The notes under the pieces: model-generated | The model's input: the letters and a program-made list of their open reading frames with translations, nothing else | What the model was told of the DNA's origin: nothing | Databases searched by the model: none | Virus record (IMG/VR): IMGVR_UViG_3300005805_000104 | Span: 1-57,310 of that record | Origin: a virus | Lineage: Duplodnaviria; Caudoviricetes | Direction: 5' to 3' (one strand) | DNA: 57,310 nucleotides | Position numbers and translations under genes: made by a program | In this document: positions 48,695 to 56,260 of the stretch, one piece after another | Layout: each line of letters starts with the position of its first letter | Position numbering within the stretch: the stretch's first letter is position 1

Positions 48695-48777
48695 AGCCCC
48701 CTGCCGGATTCGAACCCGCGTGTTCCGAAGAATCCTGATTACAAATCAGGCGCAATCGACCACTATGCGAAGGAGGC
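48695..48777 (-). tRNA. tRNA-Thr(UGU) with long variable arm
   Basis: CCTGA-TT-TGT-AA-TCAGG; variable region ATTCTTCGGAACAC. Confidence 0.8.
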
Positions 48778-48939
48778 TTATCTATGTACTGAATGTACAC
48801 TATTGTGGGTTAAACGTAATTGCTTTTGTTTTGAGTAGCACGGATTATTTCTCAAATGTACCACTTCGATGGTCATGATAATGAGCATGATGCTCAAAAA
48901 AATCAATAACACGTTGCGAAAATCTTCTAAGAACTTCAT
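48778..48939 (-). CDS. Small membrane protein (53 aa) inside the tRNA array
   Basis: MKFLEDFRNVLLIFLSIMLIIMTIEVVHL...; ATATTTAT at 48950-48957. Confidence 0.55.
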   Translation of the reverse strand: MKFLEDFRNVLLIFLSIMLIIMTIEVVHLRNNPCYSKQKQLRLTHNSVHSVHR

Positions 48940-48959
48940 AGTCTTTCTAATAAATATCG

Positions 48960-49031
48960 TAGCTCCACCAAGACTCGAACTTGGAATAACTGCTTAGAAG
49001 GCAGTGGGTATATCCCTTTACCTATGGAGCC
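48960..49031 (-). tRNA. tRNA-Arg(UCU)
   Basis: ACTGC-CT-TCT-AA-GCAGT. Confidence 0.9.
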
Positions 49032-49175
49032 ATATTTTAGGAAAGCTGGAGATGGTTGCGTGGACACCAGCTTTTACGATCGGCTTTACTTAGCGGTGAA
49101 TACCTGCCAACTCCTATTATGCCAGCCGATATTCACTCTCGAGCTATCGACATAATCATTCCCCGATCAACCTTG

Positions 49176-49257
49176 TACCCATAGAGGGACTCGAACCCCC
49201 ACGAATTACTTCATTAGATCCTAAGTCTAACGCGGCTACCAATTACGCCATATGGGC
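49176..49257 (-). tRNA. tRNA-Leu(UAG)
   Basis: TTAGA-CT-TAG-GA-TCTAA with class II variable arm. Confidence 0.92.
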
Positions 49258-49264
49258 AAAAATG

Positions 49265-49338
49265 TGGGCCCTGTAGGGATCGAACCTACGACCCGCAGAT
49301 TATGAGTCTGCTGCTCTAACCGACTGAGCTAAGGGCCC
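49265..49338 (-). tRNA. tRNA-CAU, probably Ile2 (lysidine type)
   Basis: GGGCCCTTAGCTCAG...GCAGA-CT-CAT-AA-TCTGC; paired 1-72 and no GGG/CCC anticodon stem, so not the initiator. Confidence 0.85.
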
Positions 49339-49512
49339 AAATGTCAGTCTTTCCTGACCGTCACCTTGCCTCCCGCAGGTATGAGCCCGCATCGTGCCAT
49401 TGCCCGGTTAGCATCTGAGGGAAGAGTTAATTACTCTCTTCTCGTTTCTACTCGTCCTCAAGCCTAGGTTGCGCACCCCACTGCTGTCTTGGCTTTCGTC
49501 TACCTCTCATTG

Positions 49513-49586
49513 TAGTCCGGGTTGGACTTGAACCAACATCCTTGATGGTATAAGCATCCTGCGCCAACCAATTGCGCCACCGGACT
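49513..49586 (-). tRNA. tRNA-Ile(UAU)
   Basis: GGATG-CT-TAT-AC-CATCA; full cloverleaf. Confidence 0.82.
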
Positions 49587-49594
49587 GTATGCTA

Positions 49595-50281
49595 TTATAC
49601 AACTAAATTGCTATCGTTGTTAATCTGAAACTCTAGTGGCTTATTTACCATGTTGTATCTGTGATTCAGTTGCGAAGCGTTAGCGTATACTGTGCCTACG
49701 TGTTGTTCTACGCCGTACGACTCGTGTATGTGACCAAAGAAATGGTACATAGGATTCACTCGTTGAATGTGATAAGATAACGACGGACAACCCGCTAAAT
49801 CCCCGTTAACGCACCAATCCAACACATGAGCACACGGTCCGTGAGTTATTAGAACATCAGTATTATCGGGAATGGTGTTCCAATGTTGTTCGATCAACTT
49901 AGAGTTACGATTGAACGCCCAGTGTTGGGGATAAAAGTCTGGCGTTATAGGAGATCCCCAAAAATTTACTCCGTCTATCGTAACGCCTGTACCCTCTAAG
50001 TACACCAATCCCAAATCCTCTACTTTGCCCAGCGCGTAATCCAACCAATACTTGTCTTTCTTGCTGCGATGAAACTTCGGATCGAAAGATCTATCGTGGT
50101 TTCCCGCTATGAAGATCTTGTGTTTGTGAGGATGTTCGGAAAACCATCGAAGGAAATCTATCACTTCTTCCCGCTCTCCCACGTTACTGAAGTCTCCACA
50201 GTGGATCAGTACATCACCTTCCGGCAATTCAGCCATTTCGTGATGCATGCCGTGCGTATCAGATATTACTACAAGATTCAT
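49595..50281 (-). CDS. Calcineurin-like metallophosphoesterase (MPPED type)
   Basis: SDTH, HCGD, AGNHD, THGP, FGHIHE. Confidence 0.92.
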   Translation of the reverse strand: MNLVVISDTHGMHHEMAELPEGDVLIHCGDFSNVGEREEVIDFLRWFSEHPHKHKIFIAGNHDRSFDPKFHRSKKDKYWLDYALGKVEDLGLVYLEGTGVTIDGVNFWGSPITPDFYPQHWAFNRNSKLIEQHWNTIPDNTDVLITHGPCAHVLDWCVNGDLAGCPSLSYHIQRVNPMYHFFGHIHESYGVEQHVGTVYANASQLNHRYNMVNKPLEFQINNDSNLVV

Positions 50282-50453
50282 TTTTCCTTCTTAACGGTTG
50301 TTTATTCCAAAAATATCCATTGATATCCATGTAACGAATTGCTCTCGTATCGCCTTCGATAAACAAGTTACCGTCCTTAGACTTTAGTGCAACCACTTCG
50401 AATCCGTCGCTGTTAAGCAACCACTTTGCTAATCTGAATTTTAGTTTGTTCAT
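50259..50453 (-). CDS. Hypothetical protein
   Basis: ATATTTAT upstream. Confidence 0.5.
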   Translation of the reverse strand: MNKLKFRLAKWLLNSDGFEVVALKSKDGNLFIEGDTRAIRYMDINGYFWNKQPLRRKNESCSNI

Positions 50454-50469
50454 AGTAATAAATATTTTG

Positions 50470-50555
50470 TACCTCCGGCCGGAGTCGAACCGGCACGACC
50501 ATTACTGATCAAGGGATTTTAAGTCCATCTTGTCTACCATTTCCAACACGGAGGC
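50470..50555 (-). tRNA. tRNA-Leu(UAA)
   Basis: ATGGA-CT-TAA-AA-TCCCT with long variable arm. Confidence 0.88.
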
Positions 50556-50566
50556 GATCGTTTTTA

Positions 50567-50818
50567 TCATCGAAACATTTTGTACGTCGTGTCGTCTGCG
50601 ATCTCGTACGGAACGGATTCTACCGCCCCTTCGCGATTACGATACAAAAAGTGTTTGGATCGATCAAGGTTCTTCTGAAGTCCACAGAACCCGAAGCCCT
50701 CGCAAATAACGGAGACGAATTCCCCAGGTTGAAGCTTGTCAAACTCTTCCTCGATGTCGAAGTCCCATGTCCACTCGGGCATGTAGTTTTCCACGTACTG
50801 TTTGCTGTATTCTGCCAT
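50567..50818 (-). CDS. Hypothetical protein
   Basis: MAEYSKQY...ICEGFGF. Confidence 0.6.
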   Translation of the reverse strand: MAEYSKQYVENYMPEWTWDFDIEEEFDKLQPGEFVSVICEGFGFCGLQKNLDRSKHFLYRNREGAVESVPYEIADDTTYKMFR

Positions 50819-50819
50819 G

Positions 50820-51221
50820 TTAATTTTTGTTTGTGTATTCGTACTCGATCAATAAATCTATATAGTGCTTCGCTTTCTGTAAGTCCTGCAATCCGCCCTT
50901 TTTACGGTGACGCATCACATACTTGATGACGTTGCCTTCGATGAAACCCAAGTTATTCTTGAATATGAATTCCGTGGGTTGAATGACGTAATCTTTGTAG
51001 TGAGATCCGCCCTCTTGTTTTGCCGAAGCCACGGCTAACGCACGCTCTTCGTCATCGTCTGTCCATATGTCGCCTTCGTCCACTGTGTCTATGTACCCTG
51101 CAGGCTTATCGTCCCATTCAAATTCACCACCGATTTCTCGCATAAGGGTTTCAGCGTCCAATTTATTTTTGAAAAACCCGATCACTCGGTTGTTTTTCTT
51201 GAGCGCATATATGTTTTTCAT
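50820..51221 (-). CDS. DUF3310-domain protein
   Basis: QEGGSHY...QPTEFI...GNVIKYVMR...QDLQKAKHYIDLL; start moved to MKNIYA. Confidence 0.8.
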   Translation of the reverse strand: MKNIYALKKNNRVIGFFKNKLDAETLMREIGGEFEWDDKPAGYIDTVDEGDIWTDDDEERALAVASAKQEGGSHYKDYVIQPTEFIFKNNLGFIEGNVIKYVMRHRKKGGLQDLQKAKHYIDLLIEYEYTNKN

Positions 51222-51223
51222 AC

Positions 51224-51412
51224 TTAACTTTTGTTTTTGTTTCTTTGATACGCGCACTCGTCGCAGTACATCGCTTTGATCTTTGGTTTGCCTGTGCGGG
51301 CGTACGACCACTCGTCCTGATTCCACGAGTGACTCTCTTTTATGGCCACGCTGCAGTGGGAACAGAGTATTGCACCCCGATCCCCTTTCATTTTCACTTT
51401 CGCTTTGCTCAT
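51224..51412 (-). CDS. Small Zn-binding protein
   Basis: CSHC...YCDEC. Confidence 0.6.
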   Translation of the reverse strand: MSKAKVKMKGDRGAILCSHCSVAIKESHSWNQDEWSYARTGKPKIKAMYCDECAYQRNKNKS

Positions 51413-51443
51413 ACGTAAATATAATCAAATACCAATCTAGGGA

Positions 51444-51680
51444 TCAATTATCATTTTTAGTGGCCTTAGAAAGTTCCCATATGTCCTCTACGGTGTTGGT
51501 CAATGAAATCAGTTTCAAATCCCACCCCGCACGGTAATCGTCCGGATTGGCCGCTTTCCAAGCATCTAACGCACTCTTCTGCGCGTCCTTGTCCAGGGAT
51601 TTCCACCAGACTCTCGCGGCTTTAGAGTTATCGAACATTCGTTTACGAATCCGCTCGATGTGTTCAGGAAATGGTTGCAT
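51444..51680 (-). CDS. Hypothetical early protein
   Basis: A-rich leader; tightly packed minus-strand cluster. Confidence 0.55.
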   Translation of the reverse strand: MQPFPEHIERIRKRMFDNSKAARVWWKSLDKDAQKSALDAWKAANPDDYRAGWDLKLISLTNTVEDIWELSKATKNDN

Positions 51681-51690
51681 GTTTTTGTGG

Positions 51691-51912
51691 TTATATTAGG
51701 TTTTCGGTGGCCTTACGGCATACCGAATAAAATTTATGGGAAGATTTTGGGCGCGTCCTAAGTCTCCTGATAGCAGATTGACAACGCTTCAGATTAGGAT
51801 TTGACCCGCGTGAGCCGGTGCGTCCCCTTATGATGTCGTAAAGCAGTATGCCAATCATGCTGCAAAATATCAATACAGGTACGTACAGCGTGTTGAAACT
51901 GGCGTCGTTCAT
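51691..51912 (-). CDS. Small membrane protein
   Basis: TM segment then basic tail. Confidence 0.5.
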   Translation of the reverse strand: MNDASFNTLYVPVLIFCSMIGILLYDIIRGRTGSRGSNPNLKRCQSAIRRLRTRPKSSHKFYSVCRKATENLI

Positions 51913-52148
51913 CGCGATCGCTTTGTGTCCCAAGATTTGTGGTACTCAACACTGTTATCGGTGAGGTTAATCACTTGAACCAACCTGTCTCCGCACTCTC
52001 TGATCAGCTTGTGTGTGTAAGCACCAGGAGTTTTGATTCGTGGGTAAGTTTCGCTTCTACCGTCGGTGAAATCCGCCCTAAGCGTTGCACCGCCGGGTTG
52101 GAGGGTGAGATCATTCATCACCCGTCCCTTTTTTGTGATGTGTGGCAT
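51909..52148 (-). CDS. Hypothetical protein
   Basis: Coupled ORF. Confidence 0.5.
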   Translation of the reverse strand: MPHITKKGRVMNDLTLQPGGATLRADFTDGRSETYPRIKTPGAYTHKLIRECGDRLVQVINLTDNSVEYHKSWDTKRSR

Positions 52149-52149
52149 G

Positions 52150-52467
52150 TTATTTGGTTTTGTTTAAGTATTCCTTTATCCTTGCGCAGAGCTCGTATTT
52201 CTCCGCTTTCTCTAGGTCTTTGATGGATTCCTGCATGGACAATCGCAGATCTTCTGCCTTATTGTCAGCAAAGTCCATGATAGCGTAGGATCCGTCGTCG
52301 AAGTTCATCGTGATAGATTCTGGTACTCCGCCCTTTGCAGAGAGTATCGACTCGCATATGATCTCTGTGAATCGTACGTCCCTCGATTCCATCATGCGCG
52401 ACAATTCTTCGTCGTTGTGCACGTCTATCTGAAGGCGAGTCTTATCGTTTTTCCTATTTAGTGACAT
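52150..52467 (-). CDS. Hypothetical protein with UVR-like C-terminal motif
   Basis: EKYELCARIKE. Confidence 0.55.
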   Translation of the reverse strand: MSLNRKNDKTRLQIDVHNDEELSRMMESRDVRFTEIICESILSAKGGVPESITMNFDDGSYAIMDFADNKAEDLRLSMQESIKDLEKAEKYELCARIKEYLNKTK

Positions 52468-52468
52468 G

Positions 52469-52693
52469 TTAGTATCGTTTGATTCGGTTTCTGGCTTCAA
52501 TGTAGTCGCCGTTCAATTCGGTAGGATCCACCTCTATGTTGTATTTCTCCTTGACGTATTCGATCCACTTTGCGTCGCGTTCCGCAACGAGTTCTACCAT
52601 TGCCACTGCAAGTTCCATGGCGTAATTGAGTTTCGGATTGTGGGCCAACGCCGTAAGAGTGATGCTAGCGGTGTCTTTTTCAGTAAGTCTCAT
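52469..52693 (-). CDS. Hypothetical protein
   Basis: Coupled ORF. Confidence 0.5.
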   Translation of the reverse strand: MRLTEKDTASITLTALAHNPKLNYAMELAVAMVELVAERDAKWIEYVKEKYNIEVDPTELNGDYIEARNRIKRY

Positions 52694-52895
52694 CTTTGTT
52701 TGGTTTGTCTATCATTTCGTATACGACCTCTAGAAAAGCATCGTATTCCGCGTTGGCGATGTCGATGATCTCGAGAGCGGCAGCTTTGTCCACCCACGGC
52801 CAATCGATCACCGTCAACTTGGATACGTTGTACTTACCGTCTATGCACTCGAGGTCCGAGAGCTGCACGCGGTTGCGCTTGTACTTTTTGGGCAT
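52680..52895 (-). CDS. Hypothetical protein
   Basis: Coupled ORF. Confidence 0.5.
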   Translation of the reverse strand: MPKKYKRNRVQLSDLECIDGKYNVSKLTVIDWPWVDKAAALEIIDIANAEYDAFLEVVYEMIDKPNKDETY

Positions 52896-53095
52896 TAGCG
52901 CACGTCGCAGTAGTCCATCATGATTCCAAGGGCTTCTGAGTAACTGCCCGCTTTGAACACGCGAGCAGTCATTTCCTTTGCTTGCTCGTGTTGACCCGCT
53001 TGCTTAAGAGCCTTAGAACAAATGCCGATCAGATTAAACACGTTGCCGTCTTTACCTGACAGCTTGACTTTTGGTTTTTGAATGGTAGTTTCCAT
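52895..53095 (-). CDS. Conserved small phage protein
   Basis: KVKLSGKDGNVFNLIG...SYSEAL pattern familiar from many phages. Confidence 0.65.
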   Translation of the reverse strand: METTIQKPKVKLSGKDGNVFNLIGICSKALKQAGQHEQAKEMTARVFKAGSYSEALGIMMDYCDVR

Positions 53096-53103
53096 GTTGA
53101 TTG

Positions 53104-53337
53104 TTATTGTTGTTGATTGTCTAAAAATGCCATAGCGTCGTAGTAGGCCCAGGTAAAAGAAGAAGCGGGATCACTGCCCGCTTCAACCATTTCCACAAAA
53201 CCTTTCAGAAATTCCCGCAAGACGCCTTTATTGTTTACTTGCCCGGCCAATTCCAAGAACTGTTGAAAGTCCTCGGGACCGAGCAGCTTGGAAACCTCCA
53301 CTAAGGAGGCCTCCAAATTGCTTACTCCGTCTTGCAT
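53104..53337 (-). CDS. Hypothetical protein
   Basis: ORF track. Confidence 0.5.
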   Translation of the reverse strand: MQDGVSNLEASLVEVSKLLGPEDFQQFLELAGQVNNKGVLREFLKGFVEMVEAGSDPASSFTWAYYDAMAFLDNQQQ

Positions 53338-53341
53338 CGTA

Positions 53342-53521
53342 TTAAGCAGCTGGTGCCTCGTAGATCACGCCTTGTAAGAACAGCGGCATGTCAGACGCTG
53401 TGCGACCGGCAACGTACACGAAGGTACCCGCCAGTTTCCAGCCCTTTGCGAGCCGCTCGTTGACAAGGTTTTCAAGCTCAGCGGCGGTGAATGCCCTAAG
53501 CAATGCGAATTGTGTTTTCAT
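53342..53521 (-). CDS. DUF1737-like small protein (59 aa, not in ORF track)
   Basis: MKTQFALL...LENLVNERLAKGWKLAG...FLQGVI; A-rich leader. Confidence 0.6.
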   Translation of the reverse strand: MKTQFALLRAFTAAELENLVNERLAKGWKLAGTFVYVAGRTASDMPLFLQGVIYEAPAA

Positions 53522-53618
53522 GGTTTTTGTTTGTTTGTTGTAATGTAACTAAATTTTATCGAAGAAGGAAATTTGCGTTTCGAGTCCCGCACCAGGCCCG
53601 TACCCGTATACGCGAGTA

Positions 53619-53852
53619 TTAGGGTCGGAACCTCTCGCGTTCGGCGGCCAACAGCTTACCCCACACCCGACTCGCAAGACCCAAGTTATCGACCTTCACG
53701 TACACGGCGCGGTTCGAAGTGGTGTTACCGGGTTCCTCGTAGTAGAAGACCCCGGCCGCAGCTAGCGCAGACTCTAAAAGTTTCATGCGTTTGCGCCCCG
53801 AATTGGTGCTCACGTTGAACTGTTGTATGTAGACTTTTTCGTTATTTTCCAT
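53619..53852 (-). CDS. Hypothetical protein (MENNEK...)
   Basis: Starts in an ATGGAAAATAA overlap. Confidence 0.55.
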   Translation of the reverse strand: MENNEKVYIQQFNVSTNSGRKRMKLLESALAAAGVFYYEEPGNTTSNRAVYVKVDNLGLASRVWGKLLAAERERFRP

Positions 53853-54039
53853 GCGTGTTAGTTTCTTGTTTTGTGTAAAATTCCCGATTTGGGTCATCGC
53901 TTTGATCTGCCAAAACCAGTGCTTGTAACACCAACTCGGCGTGAAATTTGGTTTCACAGACAGCGATTAAAATGTCCTGTGATACATCTCCCGTATCGGG
54001 GTCGATGTCTCTAAATCTTACCTCGTATTTATTTTCCAT
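53842..54039 (-). CDS. Hypothetical protein (MENKYE...)
   Basis: Starts in an ATGGAAAATAA overlap. Confidence 0.55.
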   Translation of the reverse strand: MENKYEVRFRDIDPDTGDVSQDILIAVCETKFHAELVLQALVLADQSDDPNREFYTKQETNTHGK

Positions 54040-54274
54040 ATGTTTCGTTGTAGTATTGTTCAAATGTCTGCCAATTTTCTTCTGCTATCCCCTTACCTTC
54101 AAATCTACCTGCTTGATGAGCAGTATCCCAACACTGTTGTATCTGCTCCTTCTCCATTTGTTTGGCTTGTTCAATTAAATCAATAGATATATAAGTTTGA
54201 CCGAACGCTATTTGATATTGTTCGGAATTTACTTGTGCGATTAACCACTCTACTGCTGTTTGTTTATTTTCCAT
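54029..54274 (-). CDS. KQTAVEWL-type small phage protein
   Basis: MENKQTAVEWL...QAKQMEKEQI...EQYYNETY. Confidence 0.65.
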   Translation of the reverse strand: MENKQTAVEWLIAQVNSEQYQIAFGQTYISIDLIEQAKQMEKEQIQQCWDTAHQAGRFEGKGIAEENWQTFEQYYNETYGK

Positions 54275-55373
54275 GCGTATTGGGTTTCATGTTCTTTGCG
54301 CTTTCTATAGATCGTTTGTAAGAGCTCAACGCTTGCTTTTTGGAACGCTCGTACTCCTCGCGGGTGAACCACTGCGATTCGGCCACGTAGTAGTTCGCCA
54401 ACCTTTTCAGTGTGCTCGCCAACCGGTTCGTGGCGTACGCGACCTTCTCCTGCTTGGTGTAGTACTTGGCGTAGTACTTGCCGTCATTCTTGTAGATGCC
54501 GCAGATGCCCGCGCCGTTTATCAAGTAACCCTTGCCGGAGTTTCCGTAGAAAGCGTCGGAGAACCAACCGCGGTCGGAACTCTTGTAGTCGTACACGTAG
54601 TCCTCGCCGTGTTCGATCTTGAGCAGGTGCTTGATCACGTCGGTGTACGAAATGCCTTTGTTGCCGTCGGCGATCATGCGATCCACCAACGTCTGCTTCA
54701 CGTAGCCCTTCGGCCGCTGGGATCTGGGATGTCGGTACGGTGCCAACTCTTTAGCTCGAAGGACTTGGTAACCCATGAGGCTGATCTCGTTAAGGAAGAG
54801 CTCTGACGGTATCTCGAACTCCGACTTGAAGTCGTGGTTGAAGATCACCATGCCTGTTCGCACACCGGGCAGGGACTCGATGACCGTGTAGCCATAACGG
54901 AAGCCTTTACTCTTGAGGTACTCTTCGACCTCGGACGGTTTGGCCTCCTTGGGCCGCAGCACTTCCTTGTACTTTTTCGCCGCTGCGACCAGCTTTTCGT
55001 TGGGCCTTTCGAAGCGACTCATCTCCTGTTTGTACACGTACTTTGCGACTTCAACGCACTGAAGCACGGTGTCCAACGCATCGATGCTGTCACAGGTCGA
55101 GTGAGCGCCGATGTGCCAGTGCACCATCTCGTCACCGTCCAAAGGTCTGTATTCCTTCCAATCGTAAACGGTGAAGACGATGCCCTCGCCGGGGCACTGA
55201 TCCTCGTTAAGCAGTTCGAGCGACCATTCGAAGTTCGTCTTGTCCGAACCGTCGTTGCCATCGTAATCCGCTGGGCCGAAGGCCTCTATGAGCTGGTTCG
55301 GTGTGGCTTCGAAGTCGATGCCGTGGTACGAGGTGCCGTTGATCCGCGATGATTTTGTTTTGACTATTTTCAT
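54264..55373 (-). CDS. Hypothetical multi-domain early protein
   Basis: 369 aa; N-terminal GTSYHG...DKTNFEW...TVYDWK...WHIG domain. Confidence 0.6.
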   Translation of the reverse strand: MKIVKTKSSRINGTSYHGIDFEATPNQLIEAFGPADYDGNDGSDKTNFEWSLELLNEDQCPGEGIVFTVYDWKEYRPLDGDEMVHWHIGAHSTCDSIDALDTVLQCVEVAKYVYKQEMSRFERPNEKLVAAAKKYKEVLRPKEAKPSEVEEYLKSKGFRYGYTVIESLPGVRTGMVIFNHDFKSEFEIPSELFLNEISLMGYQVLRAKELAPYRHPRSQRPKGYVKQTLVDRMIADGNKGISYTDVIKHLLKIEHGEDYVYDYKSSDRGWFSDAFYGNSGKGYLINGAGICGIYKNDGKYYAKYYTKQEKVAYATNRLASTLKRLANYYVAESQWFTREEYERSKKQALSSYKRSIESAKNMKPNTHGK

Positions 55374-55391
55374 GTTGTGTGTTGGTTACGG

Positions 55392-55751
55392 TTATTGGTT
55401 GGCTGCTACGGGTGCGATCGGTGTCAGTTTCGGAAAGACTTCGTCCACAGCGATATCAAAGCTCTCTTCTACCTCATTGAGTATCGCACGCTCGTCGATG
55501 TTGATGTCTATGCGGTTGTCGTAGTTGAGCTCGAGTGCCACGCAATTCTCGAAATCGATGTTACTAACGCCCTCGAGCAGGCTTTGCTTGATGCCTTCTA
55601 AAATCACTATGTCAAAAGGCGCCCGGGCCTGGTCTGCGTCCTCCACACCGGCTTGTATGTCTTTGATGAGTACGATGACGTCTTCCTTGGTGTAGACGGA
55701 GGGGTACGCTGCGTTAACGCTTGCGATGGCTTCTTCAAAAATGTGTTTCAT
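55392..55751 (-). CDS. Hypothetical acidic protein
   Basis: A-rich leader. Confidence 0.55.
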   Translation of the reverse strand: MKHIFEEAIASVNAAYPSVYTKEDVIVLIKDIQAGVEDADQARAPFDIVILEGIKQSLLEGVSNIDFENCVALELNYDNRIDINIDERAILNEVEESFDIAVDEVFPKLTPIAPVAANQ

Positions 55752-55797
55752 AACTGGTTTGTTTTGTTTGTTTTGTTTACTATAGAGAAGCGGACTA

Positions 55798-56043
55798 TCA
55801 CGCTCCCATTTCTATTTCCATGCGCTGGGTCTCGTCGATGTGACCGGCCTCGTACATTTCCCTGGCGTAGTCAGCTCTATCTGCCCAAACCTGCTGGGTA
55901 TAAGAAAGGCCACTGTCGTAGCACTCGCTCGTATCGTAGTTGGGATCGTAGTCGTCGGGTCCGTTGTAGCTGAAGCGGCAACGGCTGCGGCGGTTGAGTT
56001 CCTGTTGGAGAATGCGGGTCGGGATGTTTGTCAAATTATTCAT
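55798..56043 (-). CDS. Hypothetical protein
   Basis: ORF from MNNLTN. Confidence 0.5.
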   Translation of the reverse strand: MNNLTNIPTRILQQELNRRSRCRFSYNGPDDYDPNYDTSECYDSGLSYTQQVWADRADYAREMYEAGHIDETQRMEIEMGA

Positions 56044-56260
56044 GGTTTTGCCGAAGTTTTGTTTACGTGTTTTTGTATATATTACTTTGGGTGTGAAAAT
56101 TTCCAATGTTGGTAAATTGCACTAAGTGAAGGGGCCCCCTGGTAAAGGCCCCCTGTCTACAACAATTGTTGCTTTGGCGGGGCGCTAAGCGGGCGCCAAC
56201 ACGTCGCTTGCTATTTGCTTGCTTAGTGTTAGCGCTGCGCTAGCCCGTTAGTAGCGACCG

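Noticed and set aside
48695-48777. Calling this tRNA-Tyr(GUA) because of the long arm
   Set aside because: The 5 bp stem CCTGA/TCAGG centres TGT, not GTA.
49036-49173. Theta/HDV-like ribozyme or tmRNA
   Set aside because: I could not build P3/L3, P1.1 or the catalytic J4/2 strand, and there is no tmRNA-type 3' T arm. Kept as an unknown structured RNA.
50820-51428. 202 aa version of the DUF3310 ORF
   Set aside because: Its N-terminal extension overlaps the better-supported Zn-binding ORF 51224..51412; the start at 51221 is preferred.
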